Part shown: positions 53,355 to 64,000 of the stretch, in pieces | Position numbering within the stretch: position 1 is the stretch's first letter | How the letters are laid out: each line of letters starts with the position of its first letter | Source: Eledone cirrhosa | Lineage: Eukaryota | NCBI GenBank assembly: GCA_964016885.1 | Contig: OZ024742.1 | Coordinates: 68,758,001-68,822,000 of the forward strand | Length of the DNA: 64,000 nucleotides | Reading direction: 5' to 3' | Notes under the pieces: model-generated | What the model saw: the letters and a program-made list of their open reading frames with translations, nothing else | The model's database searches: none | Told to the model about the DNA's origin: nothing | Made by a program: the position numbers and the translations under genes

Positions 53355-54850
53355 TATATATATACTTGAATGTATGCATAATACAATCATGCAAGTACAG
53401 ATCACTGATCCTGTAAATGGCTATAAAAATAAGTCAAATTTCATCCAACTCACCCATTATCATTCTGAAAAAGGTAAGGGCACACTGGATAATGTAGTTC
53501 CAGATATCCTTGAAAAGGTAGAAAGTTCCAGGCAGTAAATAGTTTAATCATAAGTCTGCACTATCAGAGCAGCATACAGACACACATACACACACACACA
53601 CACAAACCATCATTGGTGAATTGGCAGTATCGGTAGAGGGTCGGACGCCATGCTTTCCAGCACAGTTACGTCCCTTTATGTTCTGAGTTCAAATCCCACC
53701 AAGGTTAACTTTGCCTTTCATCCTTACGGGGTCGATAAAATGAAGTACCAGTAATGTACTGGGTAATTGCTGGCCTTGTGCCAAAAGTAGAAACAATTAT
53801 TTAACATCTGTTTTCCCTTCACAGACTAAATCAGTACTTAATCAGAGTTACTGACTGCTCAGACAGGTAAGAGGCTTGCACATGTTCCCACACAACAGAG
53901 TGTATTGTGTACATTTTATCATAGGACCAACACTAGGATCAGCTGTTTCAAAGATACAACTGAAGCTTGCACGTGACCCTATTTTTGGCAGGTTTTCTAT
54001 GGCTGGATGCTCTTCCTCTCACCAAACACTTTACATGGTACATTGGGTGCAATTATCATATAGATCGCTAACACTAGAGATATTACCATGGCCTTGATAC
54101 AATTGTAGAATCCTCTAGACCCTTTTTTGACAGTTTTTCCTGCTAGAAGCCCTCCCTAAAACCAATCTCTTTACAGAGTGTGCAGGGTGCATTTTATTGC
54201 AGCACAAGCACTAGTGAGGTTGCCAGTGGGTCATAGACTGGACTAAATGGCACTCTCTATCTTATGGAGCTAGATGTGTTGTAAGGTGGAGATAAGAATA
54301 TGTATATCATGAGTAAGCAACAAGAGGTGGGAGGAGAGTGACAAGTTCTGATGTCATGGGGGTATGACAAGTGTGTGTGGATTCAAATGATGTGGGAAAG
54401 AAATGGGGTAGAAACTATTGTCATTGCTGTAAGACATGTGTTTGACAGGGTAAAGAAAGTGGGGTGGAAGCGATCATGGTATGGTGGGGGTGTGCAGTAA
54501 TTGTGAGAGTAGTTTCAGGTCACATTTTTGTTAATCATCATCATCATCATCATACACACAATTAGAATTTATCGGTCATGGTTGCACGAAAGCAACAAGT
54601 TGATATATCTCAGTTAGCCCAATCAACAATCAATGATACACGAAATGGGATCATTGTATCAGGGTGGCAATTAATTAATTTTGAAAGGGATGTGAACAGA
54701 TTGCATAGACGTTTAGAGTTAGGGTAGAAAATAACAACAAATAGCCAAGAAACACACATAAACAAACAAACAAACACAGTATAAATAGTTTGATACGCGG
54801 AGGCATCACCACACATTTTGGAGAATATGTACAGTAAACTGAAATCTTAC

Positions 54851-54997
54851 AGAGTATTACTGGAAAATATTCTATCGGCATTGGCGACTTGACATGTACA
54901 GGTAGGGAGATGAAGAGACTTATCTTGTCTGACACCCTTCTTTCTGTCACTCCAAGAACCCAGAGCCAACAAAAGCACATCAGCGTGGTTGTTTAAC
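54851..54997 (-). other. Putative 147-bp exon of an unidentified minus-strand transcript
   Basis: Acceptor tttctatcag| and donor |gtaaga in apparently unique sequence. One frame is open throughout; another has ATG (MPIEYFPVIL, phase 1). Confidence 0.35.
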
Positions 54998-56424
54998 CTG
55001 ATAGAAATCCCCTTTATATCACACGCTAACCGTCTTAACAATACATTGGATAATGGAGCCCGGAATATACTTTTTTTTAAAAAAGTAATAATAAATAAAA
55101 GACCGGATGGTTCTGACTGTAAATCCTTTAATCAAACGTCAATTCAAATAGGGCTAACCTGGAACTAAATAACCACTACTAGTCCATCACCATGTATATG
55201 GATGATGATGGTTTCTAATTACCAGGGGGTGGGGGGTGATCATCACCTACAACATTACATTCAATAAAATTCCAAACCAGAGTATAACGATACCACATCT
55301 AATGTCGTTTAAGTGCTCGCACGACCTGCTAAACATAGCAGCTAAATCGTCTACAAATCACAGCCTACAGGTAGGATACATGGAATGATCTATTCCTAGA
55401 TAAACTATGTCTCAAAATAAGACCTGACAGTGGCAGCTGGAACGCCTTTGATCATAGATCAGCTCGATGAGGGAAGACCAGGAGCAAAGTAACAACATAA
55501 AGGCAAAATTGACAGTAAAATAAGGAATAACCTCTCAGTTTTAAAAATTAAAGAAATAAACAAAATAAAATGATCATAAAAACAAAAGTATACACACAAT
55601 TTTTAAAAAATCAGGTACAGTCACTTTGAGTGAAAATAACATATCTCACTCCGACAGAATCCCGATCAAACCGCTAGGTAGCTAGGTGTTGTGTAGTCAA
55701 TAAAGCATAAGTGATTGTAAGAGTACGGTAGGGTAGCGAGAAAAAGCTAGAGATCGTATTAGCGGGTGTGTAGTATCTGAGATGAGGTACATAGCAGTGT
55801 GGCGGTACAGTCTGAGACAGGGATAAAAGTACAGACAGGGTAGATACATTGGAATTAAAAATTGCGAGGGAGGTGTAGTATGTATTTTATGTAAAAAGGA
55901 ACTGAGGAGGCAGAACACTTACAAAAACATATATGTTTACTATATTTTAAAGACAATAAAGAAAAACCCATATACTTTATATTCATACATATATATATAT
56001 ATATATTAGTTTTCAAATTGATACACACGCTCATAGGGATGAAGAGGTTGTGTTAATCTCCCTCTCTAGCTCAGTCAGTATGTGTTTGTGTGTGTATATA
56101 TACACACATATGTATATATATATACACACACACACATGTATATGGATGAATATGAAAATATATAATGCGCGGAATTAGATGAGCACATATAAATATGTTA
56201 GACAGGAGAATGAAGAACGGTATATAGCATATCCAGAACAATTATAAGCGCTGGTATACAGGTATACATCAGAATATGTGCACATTAATTAAGGTATCGT
56301 AACGACGGCAACATAGAGGAAAAGAAGGACGAAAACAAGGTAAAATTCACAGAAAAATGGGTGGAATGGTCAAAATCAACACATCCATAAATACACACAC
56401 ACACACTCTCACATATATATATAA

Positions 56425-56461
<37 letters not shown>

Positions 56462-56642
56462 GTGCGTGTGTGTATGTATGCATATATCTATCTATACATA
56501 TATAATGTATGTGTTATGTATGTATATGAGTGTTGTATGGATGGATGCATGTATATGTGCGTCAATATATATTTATATATGTATATATGTGTGATTGCGT
56601 ATGTAAATATATGCTGTGAGAAGAAAGAAGGCATCAACTTAC

Positions 56643-56935
56643 CAGTGAAAGAAATAATAGGTTCCAGGGGGTGGGAAATAGTGGAGTTTTGGTGGCGGTG
56701 ACGGCAGTAGTAGCAGCAGCACTAGTAGTATTTGTAATACTAGGAAAAATACTAGTAGTAGTCGCAGTAGCAGTTGTAATTATTCGTGAAGACCACATCT
56801 GAAAGGGTTTGAGCCTGTGACTAGAGCTTTTGAAAAATGAGTGAAGGGGGATGATAGACAGAGTGAAAGAGTCATATTGTAAGTTAACAACAAAACCAAC
56901 AATACACGCCGCACGGCTGGAAACGTAAATCGAAA
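56643..56935 (-). other. Putative first (probably non-coding) exon
   Basis: Donor CTG|gtaagt at 56643/56642; locally CpG-containing unique sequence downstream of a TATA-like box. Confidence 0.3.
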
Positions 56936-56960
56936 CAGTGTCGTGCTGCCACGGATCCTG

Positions 56961-56970
56961 TTATATATAG
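56961..56970 (-). promoter_or_regulatory. TATA-like box (cTATATATAA)
   Basis: Isolated TATA motif in GC-richer flanks ~30 bp upstream of the putative exon 1. TA repeats are common here, so support is weak. Confidence 0.25.
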
Positions 56971-57153
56971 GGGGAAGGAGAGACGAAGAAAGAAGAGGAA
57001 ATAGACAGCCTGACTGGATTCGACTCTGTCGATAATCTATTGATATACACAATATATTTATCTCATGTCTGTGTATGTGTGTATATATATATATATGAAT
57101 GTGTGTGTATATATATATATATGAATGTGTGTGTATATATATATATATGAATG

Positions 57154-57190
<37 letters not shown>

Positions 57191-57250
57191 GTGTGTGTGT
57201 GTGGTGTGTATACATACAAATATATATACTCATATATTTATACATATAAA

Positions 57251-57326
57251 TACAGAGGGCGTCCCCCAAAAATGTATACACATTTCTAATAAATGTATAC
57301 ATTGGGGGGGGGGGGGGGACATCTTG

Positions 57327-57328
<2 letters not shown>
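57251..57328. mobile_element. ~78-bp Tc1/mariner-type mini-MITE
   Basis: tacagagggcgtcccccaaaaatgtataca ... tgtatacattgggg..ggacatcttgta: imperfect TIRs with TA ends. Confidence 0.6.
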
Positions 57329-57403
<75 letters not shown>

Positions 57404-57716
57404 AAAGTGATCGTGTAGCTGACACGACAAAAAGCACCCAGTAAACACTGTAAATGTGGTTGGTGTTAGGAAGGGCATCCAGCTGTAGAAAACCTGCCAG
57501 AAACAGTTCTATACGAGCGAGACACGGTCACCCAGCCAATCTTGCCTTAAGTGGGACAAATGTGTCTAAACCAAAGGTTCTCAACAGGGCGCATATGTAC
57601 CCCCAAGGGGTGTTTCGGAACTCCAGGGGGGCGTTTGGAGCTTTGGGGTGCACTGGAAGGCTCTTTACTTTGGTAAGTTTTATAAGTCGTATTTGTATGT
57701 CTTTGAGACAGCCAGT

Positions 57717-58224
57717 CATCATCATCATCATCACCGTTTTACGTCCGTTCTTCCACGCTAGCATGGGTTAGACGGGTTGTCCTGTTGTGGGGAGTGTCTG
57801 GTCGGCTGACCATGCCTTGCTCATACAGGAACTGATCTGGCTTGATTTCTACAGCTGGATGCCCTTCCTAACACCAACCTCATTTACAGTGAGTGCTGGG
57901 TGCTTTTTCGTGGCGCCTACATGTCCACTTTACAGTGTGGGCTGGGTGCTTTTTTGCCGTGGCACCTCCACGACCACCTTGCGGTGGGGGGAGTGGGGGC
58001 ATATTGTTTATATGCTTCAGCATGTACCCATGAGAGGTCGGGTACTCTGTATTACTGCGTGACGCCAGAAGTCACGGTCGTGTGTCATTGTCTTTGAGAG
58101 GTGTAGTTGGGTAAGGTCGGCTTTTATCACCTCATCCCAAGTCATCTTGGGTCTCCCCACTCCGCGGTTTCCATCAACTTCTAGTGCTCTGCACCTTTTT
58201 ATGCAGCTGTCATCCTTCATACGC
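57717..58224 (-). mobile_element. 5'-truncated RTE lineage-A LINE nested in the hAT element
   Basis: ORF 58017-58220 (GRPKMTWDEV), 3' UTR and (GAT)n tail. Confidence 0.9.
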
Positions 58225-58539
58225 AGTGTGAATGCATTTGAATGAGCATGCAGACAGCATAACTATGGTCTGACTGCAGCTGTGAGCAGGTGTGCAGGCG
58301 TGTTTAGACATTAACCGGCAATTGAAATCCTAACAACGGAGAAACCCACAGTCAACTGGGTCAAGGACATTTCAAGCGCAGCCAGTTAGAATCTTGTCTT
58401 TCCTTCACCGATAACAATGCATTTCATGTCTGAAATTATTGACTCAACCCTAACGAGTTAACACTATATAGGTCTATTTTATTCCCTATTGTATAAATAA
58501 TATTACAAATAAAAAAAAAGAAAGAAAAACAAAGAAGCG

Positions 58540-58852
58540 GGTAGCACACACATCTAGGACCACATACAACACATAAGCAGGTAGCACACATATCTAGGAC
58601 CACACACAACACAACCAGATAATACACACATCTAGGACCACATACAACACATAAGCAGGTAATACACACATCTAGGACCACATGCAACACATAAGAAGGT
58701 ACACACACATCTAGGACCACATAGAACACACAGGTAGGTAATACATACATTTAGGACCACATACAACACATAAGCAGGTAATACAAACATCTAGGACCAC
58801 ATACAACACATAATCAGGTAATACATACATTTAGGACCAAATACAACACACA
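58540..58852. repeat. ~38-bp minisatellite, about 8 copies, inside the hAT element
   Basis: Unit acacatctaggaccacatacaacacataagcaggtaat. Confidence 0.9.
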
Positions 58853-60290
58853 TTGTATCATGTGCTACGGATGATGCAAGAGCAATGGTCGGCCAACATA
58901 AGGGTTTTGTCACTCTTCTGAAGAGAGAAAATCTATCTGTATTTGTCGTTCATCGACAACACTTGGCTGCGAAGAAACTCAGCAAACCACTGAGCAAGTC
59001 CTTGAAGGTGGCACTTGATGTCATCAATTTTATCAAACGGCATTCCCTCAATAACGAATTTTCCGGCAACTGTGCCAAGATAATGACGAAGAATTTGTCA
59101 AGTTGCTCCTTCATAATGAAGTGAGGTGGCTTTCAAAGAGCAAGTGCCTTGCTCACTTCTTTGAACTGTTCAACTCTATCATTGAGTTTCTGCGAGGATG
59201 CAACACAAGAAACTGTCACAAGAAAACCCTTGATGTAGGCAAAACTGCGCCTACCTCACCGACATCGTCGACAAATGCAATAGCGTCATTTTGGCTTTGC
59301 AGGGGAAGAAGATCACCTTGCTTAAAGCAAGGAATGCTGTGAAAACATTCCTGGCCAAATTGAATGTCATCGAAAGAAATCTTTGTTGACGGGAATTCTA
59401 TAATTTTCCTAGTGTCGCCAATGTTCAAAACATTGTAAGCGATGACCAACTCAAAATTTATACCGCTCACCTCCGTGCACTACAAGACAACATGAGAGAA
59501 CAGTTTGTCAACTTTTTGCCGATGGACATCCCAATGTGGGTAGCAGATCCCTTCATAGCTAACGTTGATGATTTGGATGTTATATTTCAGGAAGAATTCA
59601 TTGAACTTCAAGCAGATGACATGATCAAAATTAGATTTTCCAAAATAGGTGAACCCCTTTTTTGGATGCAAGAGGAAATTCAGCGTCGATTTCCACACCT
59701 ACATGCAGAGGCTAAGAGATTTGCTCTGCCTTTTCCAAGCTCATACTTAGTCAAGAGGAGGTTTGGTGCTGTTTCCAGACTGCACAGTAAGGCTCGCAAC
59801 CACTACAATGTAATTACACATGGAGATCTCTGGCTACATCTTACGAAAATCCAGCCTGAGGTCAAAGAGTTAGCTAGACTCCATAAAGTTCAAGGGTCCC
59901 ATTGAAATGAGGTCAAAGTTAAAGTAAGTTGATTTATCCGAAAACTTGGATATGCTACAGTTACAAAGCAAACTAACAATTTTTTTAATTTGTACTTGCA
60001 GTCTGACTGGACTGGAAACCATCTACTACAATTCACTTACTTATTTGTTGTATATATTTTACCATTTACTAATAAATATACCCTCCCGTGTGGGTATATT
60101 AATCAACAGATATCAAAATCAGTAGTATATTGAAAAATGGAAAAATATGGGGGGGGGGGTCGTGATTTTGAGGGACAAAAGGGGGCATTTGGCCTAAATG
60201 GGTTGAGAACCTGTGGTCTAAACCATGCTAGTGTGGAAGATAGACGTTAAACGATAATCATGATGATAATATATATATATGTATATATAT

Positions 60291-61042
60291 ATGTATAAAT
60301 GGCCATTTCTGCCTGTTTGTTTGTGAACCTAAAACTCAAAAACTACCAAACTGATCTTGATGAAACTTGACACGTGTGTGGGGCTCATGCCCATTTGATT
60401 TCTTACGTATATTTCATTTTAATCAAAGGGTTCCCCGGGGGTTCAAACCCCCGAGTAATTTTTCCCAAGATATGATGCCTATTCACAAAATTTCCGCAAA
60501 TTTCAATCATATTAAGACACCCTAATGGGTGAAAATTTATAGTGAAAATTTTGGCCAATAAATGGAACAAGATTTCACAAACTCCCCCTATGGTTTTGGA
60601 GATAGACCCCCATAACCATATATATTCTGAAACTACATTGCCCAGGATACTTGGATAAGTATATTTCATTTTAATCAAAGGGTTCCCCGGGGGCACAAAA
60701 CCCACGCTGAAAATTTTTTCCCTTCGATTTATATGAAATTTAAACCATAGTTAAATGATGCCTATTCACAAAATTTCAGCAAATTTCAATAATATTAAGA
60801 CACCCTAATAAGTGTTCTATTTTTTCCTTATAGCAGCACTCAACTTCTCTGACAAACATTTTTTCGCCTGACCAATGCAATCAACAATATTTGTTTGTAT
60901 TATTGTTTCATGAATGAATTTGTCTTCACTTTTGATTATCTGTCCTATATTTTTATTTCATTTTTGGTCTGAGAGGCATTGGGCATTTTAATGGGCACAG
61001 GGAATACCCCCGCTCCCGGGTATTACCAGGTACCTCAGCTAG
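60291..61042 (+). mobile_element. Non-autonomous Helitron/Helentron-like element
   Basis: 3' GC-rich hairpin-like ccgggtattaccagg followed by CTAG|T. The 5' part ctgtttgtttgt..aactcaaaaact..gatcttgatgaaacttg resembles DINE/HINE heads. Internal direct repeat at 60407 and 60659. Confidence 0.6.
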
Positions 61043-61130
61043 TATATATATATATATACACACACATGTATATACACATGTACATATATATATATACATG
61101 TATATATATATATACATGTATATATATATA

Positions 61131-63716
61131 TACGAGCAACTTTTACAAACAACCGCAATGACAGAGGACAGAGACATCGTTATGCTAGCAGGGGACTTCA
61201 ATAGTCATGTTGGACAGCTCCAGGATGGTTACACTGGGGTACATGGTGGGCACGGTTACGGCTCAAGAAATGAAGAAGGAGTGAGACTTCTTGAATTTTG
61301 TGATGCAAGAACACTAACCATTTGTAACACTAACTTCCAGAAAACTGCCAACCACCTAATAACCTACAAATCAGGTGAGCACATAAGCCAGATTGACTTC
61401 CTGCTAGTTAGGCAGTGGGACAGGCAGATGGTGTCAAATACCAAGGCATACCCTGGGGAAGAATGTACCCCACAGCATAGGTTAGTCATTAGTGATATCT
61501 CATTAAGCAAGAGACGGAATGAAACACACAGGAAGGTGTGGAGAAGAAAGGTCTGGAAGCTAAAAACCCTTTCACTAAAATACAAATTTAGGAAAGCCCT
61601 TCAAGACGTGTGTGACGAAGAAGAAGACAATATAGAGTCGTATGACATAGATGATAACTGGAATTTCTTACGTGACAACTTACTTCAGGTTAGTGATGAA
61701 AATTGTGGCTGGAGCAGAGCTCCAACCAGACAGAGAGTGACCAGGTGGTTGAACAGCATGGTAGATATGGCCATTAGAGACAAAGGACTAGCATGGAAGG
61801 CTTGGAAAAAGGGTGCCAGTAGAGAAGGATATACAGCTGCTAAGAGAGAAGCTAGACATCAGGTGTACTTAGCATGCAGGGAGGCTGAGAGTATGAGGTT
61901 TGCCAATGTTCTGCGACGGGAAGATCAGAGACATGCGGTGTTTCACATTGCAAGGCAGTGTGTCAATGCAAATCAGGATGTTGTTGGAGATAAATATGTC
62001 CAGAATGATGCCGGTGTACTTAGTGTCACGAATGATCAGAAAAAGGAGGCCTGGAAATGTCATTATGAGAGACTGATGAATGTGGAGAAGGAATGGGAGA
62101 GAGAGAAATTACACTCAGTAGATCCGACAGAGGGACCAGCTATTGAGATTGACGAATATAGGGTCCAAGAGGCGATTAAGGAAATGAAAAATGGGAAGGC
62201 TGCTGGACTATTGGGGATAGTTGCTGAGATGCTGAAGGCATCAGGGGACGTAGGCACTAAACTGGTTGCACGCATCATCAATCAGGCTATATATGGTGGT
62301 GTCATACCCAAAGACTGGTGCAGCAGTATTCTCATAAATTGCTACAAAGGTAAAGGAGATGCTATGGAGAGGAGCAATTATAGGGGTATAAAACTGATGG
62401 ATCAGGTTATGGAAGTGGCAGAAAGGATATTAGCACAACTAATTAGAGAAAGCGTCAAACTAGATGAGATGCAGTTTGGTTTTGTGCCTGGGAAGAGTAC
62501 AGCAGATGCCCTCTTCTTGGTGAGACAATTACAAGAGAGGTTCTTAGAGAAAAATAAGCCACTATACTTAGCCTTTGTTGACCTAGAGAAGGCCTTTGAT
62601 AGGGTACCCCGATCTGTCATCTGGTGGTCCCTAAGGAAACTAGGTATTGAGGAATGGCTTGTGAGGACAGTGCAAACTTTGTACAGAGGTGCTGTCAGTA
62701 AAGTCAGGGTAGGAATGGAGTTTAGTGAGGAATTCCAGATACAAGTAGGAGTACATCAAGGTTCAGTCCTCAGCCCGCTCTTGTTTATTATAGTCCTCCA
62801 AGCCATAACAGAGGAGTTTAAGACTGGCTGTCCATGGGAACTTCTCTATGCTGACGATCTGGTTCTTATAGCAGAATGAGTAGATGAGCTAGAGAATAAA
62901 TTCTGGCTATGGAAACAGCAGTTGGAAGCAAGAGGACTGAGAGTGAACCTAGCTAAGACAAAAGTGTTGAGTAGAAAAGAGGACAAAACTCTGATTCCAT
63001 CAGGGAAATGGCCATGTTCGATATGCAGAAAAGGAACTGACATAAATTCTATAAAATGCACACAATGCAGATCCTGGGTACACAAGAGATGTAGCAGGAT
63101 AGCAGGAAAACTAACAGGTAGGGAGAAATCCGTATGCAGTAGATGTACAGGGAAATTAGACAGTAGAAGTCGCATTGATAGACACATTTTTCAAATGCAG
63201 GCGGATGCTATATAAGTGGTGGATAGCTTCTGGTACTTAGGAGATCAGATTAGCATGGGAGGGGGGGGTGTTCCGAGGCCATAGTATCTAGAATAAGGAT
63301 GGGTTGGAAGAAGTTTAGGGAGCTGCTTCCTCTGCTGACGAAGAAGGGTTTCTCCCTGCGTACAAAAGGCTGGTTATATGATGCCTGTGTGAGGAGTGCG
63401 ATGCTGCATGGTAGTGAGACATGAGCAGCAACTGCAGAGGATATGCGACGGCTGGAGAGAAATGAGGCAAGCATGCTCCGTTGGATGTGCAGTGTCAATG
63501 TACGTGAACAACCCAGCATGGATGTGTTGAGAGAGAAACTGTGTCTGAGAAGTATAGAATGTAGTGTGCGAGAGAGGAGACTGAGGTGGTATGGTCATCG
63601 CTGAAGATGACGAAGGACTGTGACAAGTGGAGAGATGCTGTGCTAAATAAGACCCGTCCCAACCTTGCAAGCAGGGAAGAGTGGACGTAAAATGATGATG
63701 ATGATGATGATGATGA

Positions 63717-63720
<4 letters not shown>
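61131..63720 (+). mobile_element. Longest RTE lineage-B LINE (partial APE endonuclease + RT + PHD-like finger), 5'-truncated
   Basis: 593-aa ORF 61098-62879 (GDFNSHVG, QIDFLL, RT motifs to LYADD). Premature TGA at 62877, continuation 62922-63215, a 3' deletion, and a (GAT)n tail within (TA)n. Confidence 0.96.
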
Positions 63721-63758
<38 letters not shown>

Positions 63759-64000
63759 GTGTATATATATATATTTATATATATATATACATGTGTGTGT
63801 ATATATTCATTGGTACAGGTTGAACAAGTTGGTCCTCAGGACTAATAAAATATATGTACCTGGTATGGTGCAGTTGTAGTAACTGGCCTTAATAACTATA
63901 TTCAAACTCACCCTATGGACTTGAGTTGCTCTATACCTTGGATATTTTTACCTACTTATTACTACACTACTATATATATATGCATATATGTGTGTATATA

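Larger units (their letters stand above)
57572..60215 (+). mobile_element. hAT (Charlie/Buster-like) DNA transposon, decayed
   Basis: TIRs caaaggttctcaac / gttgagaacctgtg; 8-bp TSD gtctaaac (57564-57571 and 60216-60223). Transposase pieces ATDDA.AMVG, HRQHLAAK, HNEVRWLSK and LPFPSSYLV over 58860-59905. Confidence 0.92.

Noticed and set aside
57063-57478. ORFs rich in YI/HT/CV dipeptides (also at 2131, 38200, 53133, 56357)
   Set aside because: They are translations of TA/CA/TG microsatellites.

Overview
Eukaryotic, AT-rich, microsatellite-dense DNA made almost entirely of transposable-element copies and relics. No intact protein-coding gene, rRNA, tRNA or CRISPR array is supportable. The SINE and RTE families look like those of octopus/cephalopod genomes (inference from pattern recognition, not a database hit). 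Main contents: (i) two RTE-clade LINE lineages with (GAT)n tails and a PHD-type C4HC3 finger after the RT; (ii) a 5.3-kb Penelope-like element (RT + GIY-YIG) with a long inverted pseudo-LTR at 38438-43740; (iii) a cluster of short TA-flanked modules carrying hammerhead-ribozyme motifs followed by a poly(A) signal, three with a shared extended stem II; (iv) an RTE copy with twin-priming 5' inversion and 12-bp TSD; (v) a hAT/Charlie element nested in an RTE tail, with 8-bp TSD; (vi) maT (DD37D), mariner, pogo, CR1, Gypsy and Helitron-like pieces; (vii) several SINE families, including one with alternative LINE tails. A possible minus-strand host transcript start (TATA box plus two exon-like segments) lies at 54.8-57.0 kb. 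All alignments and folds were done by eye, so coordinates are approximate.
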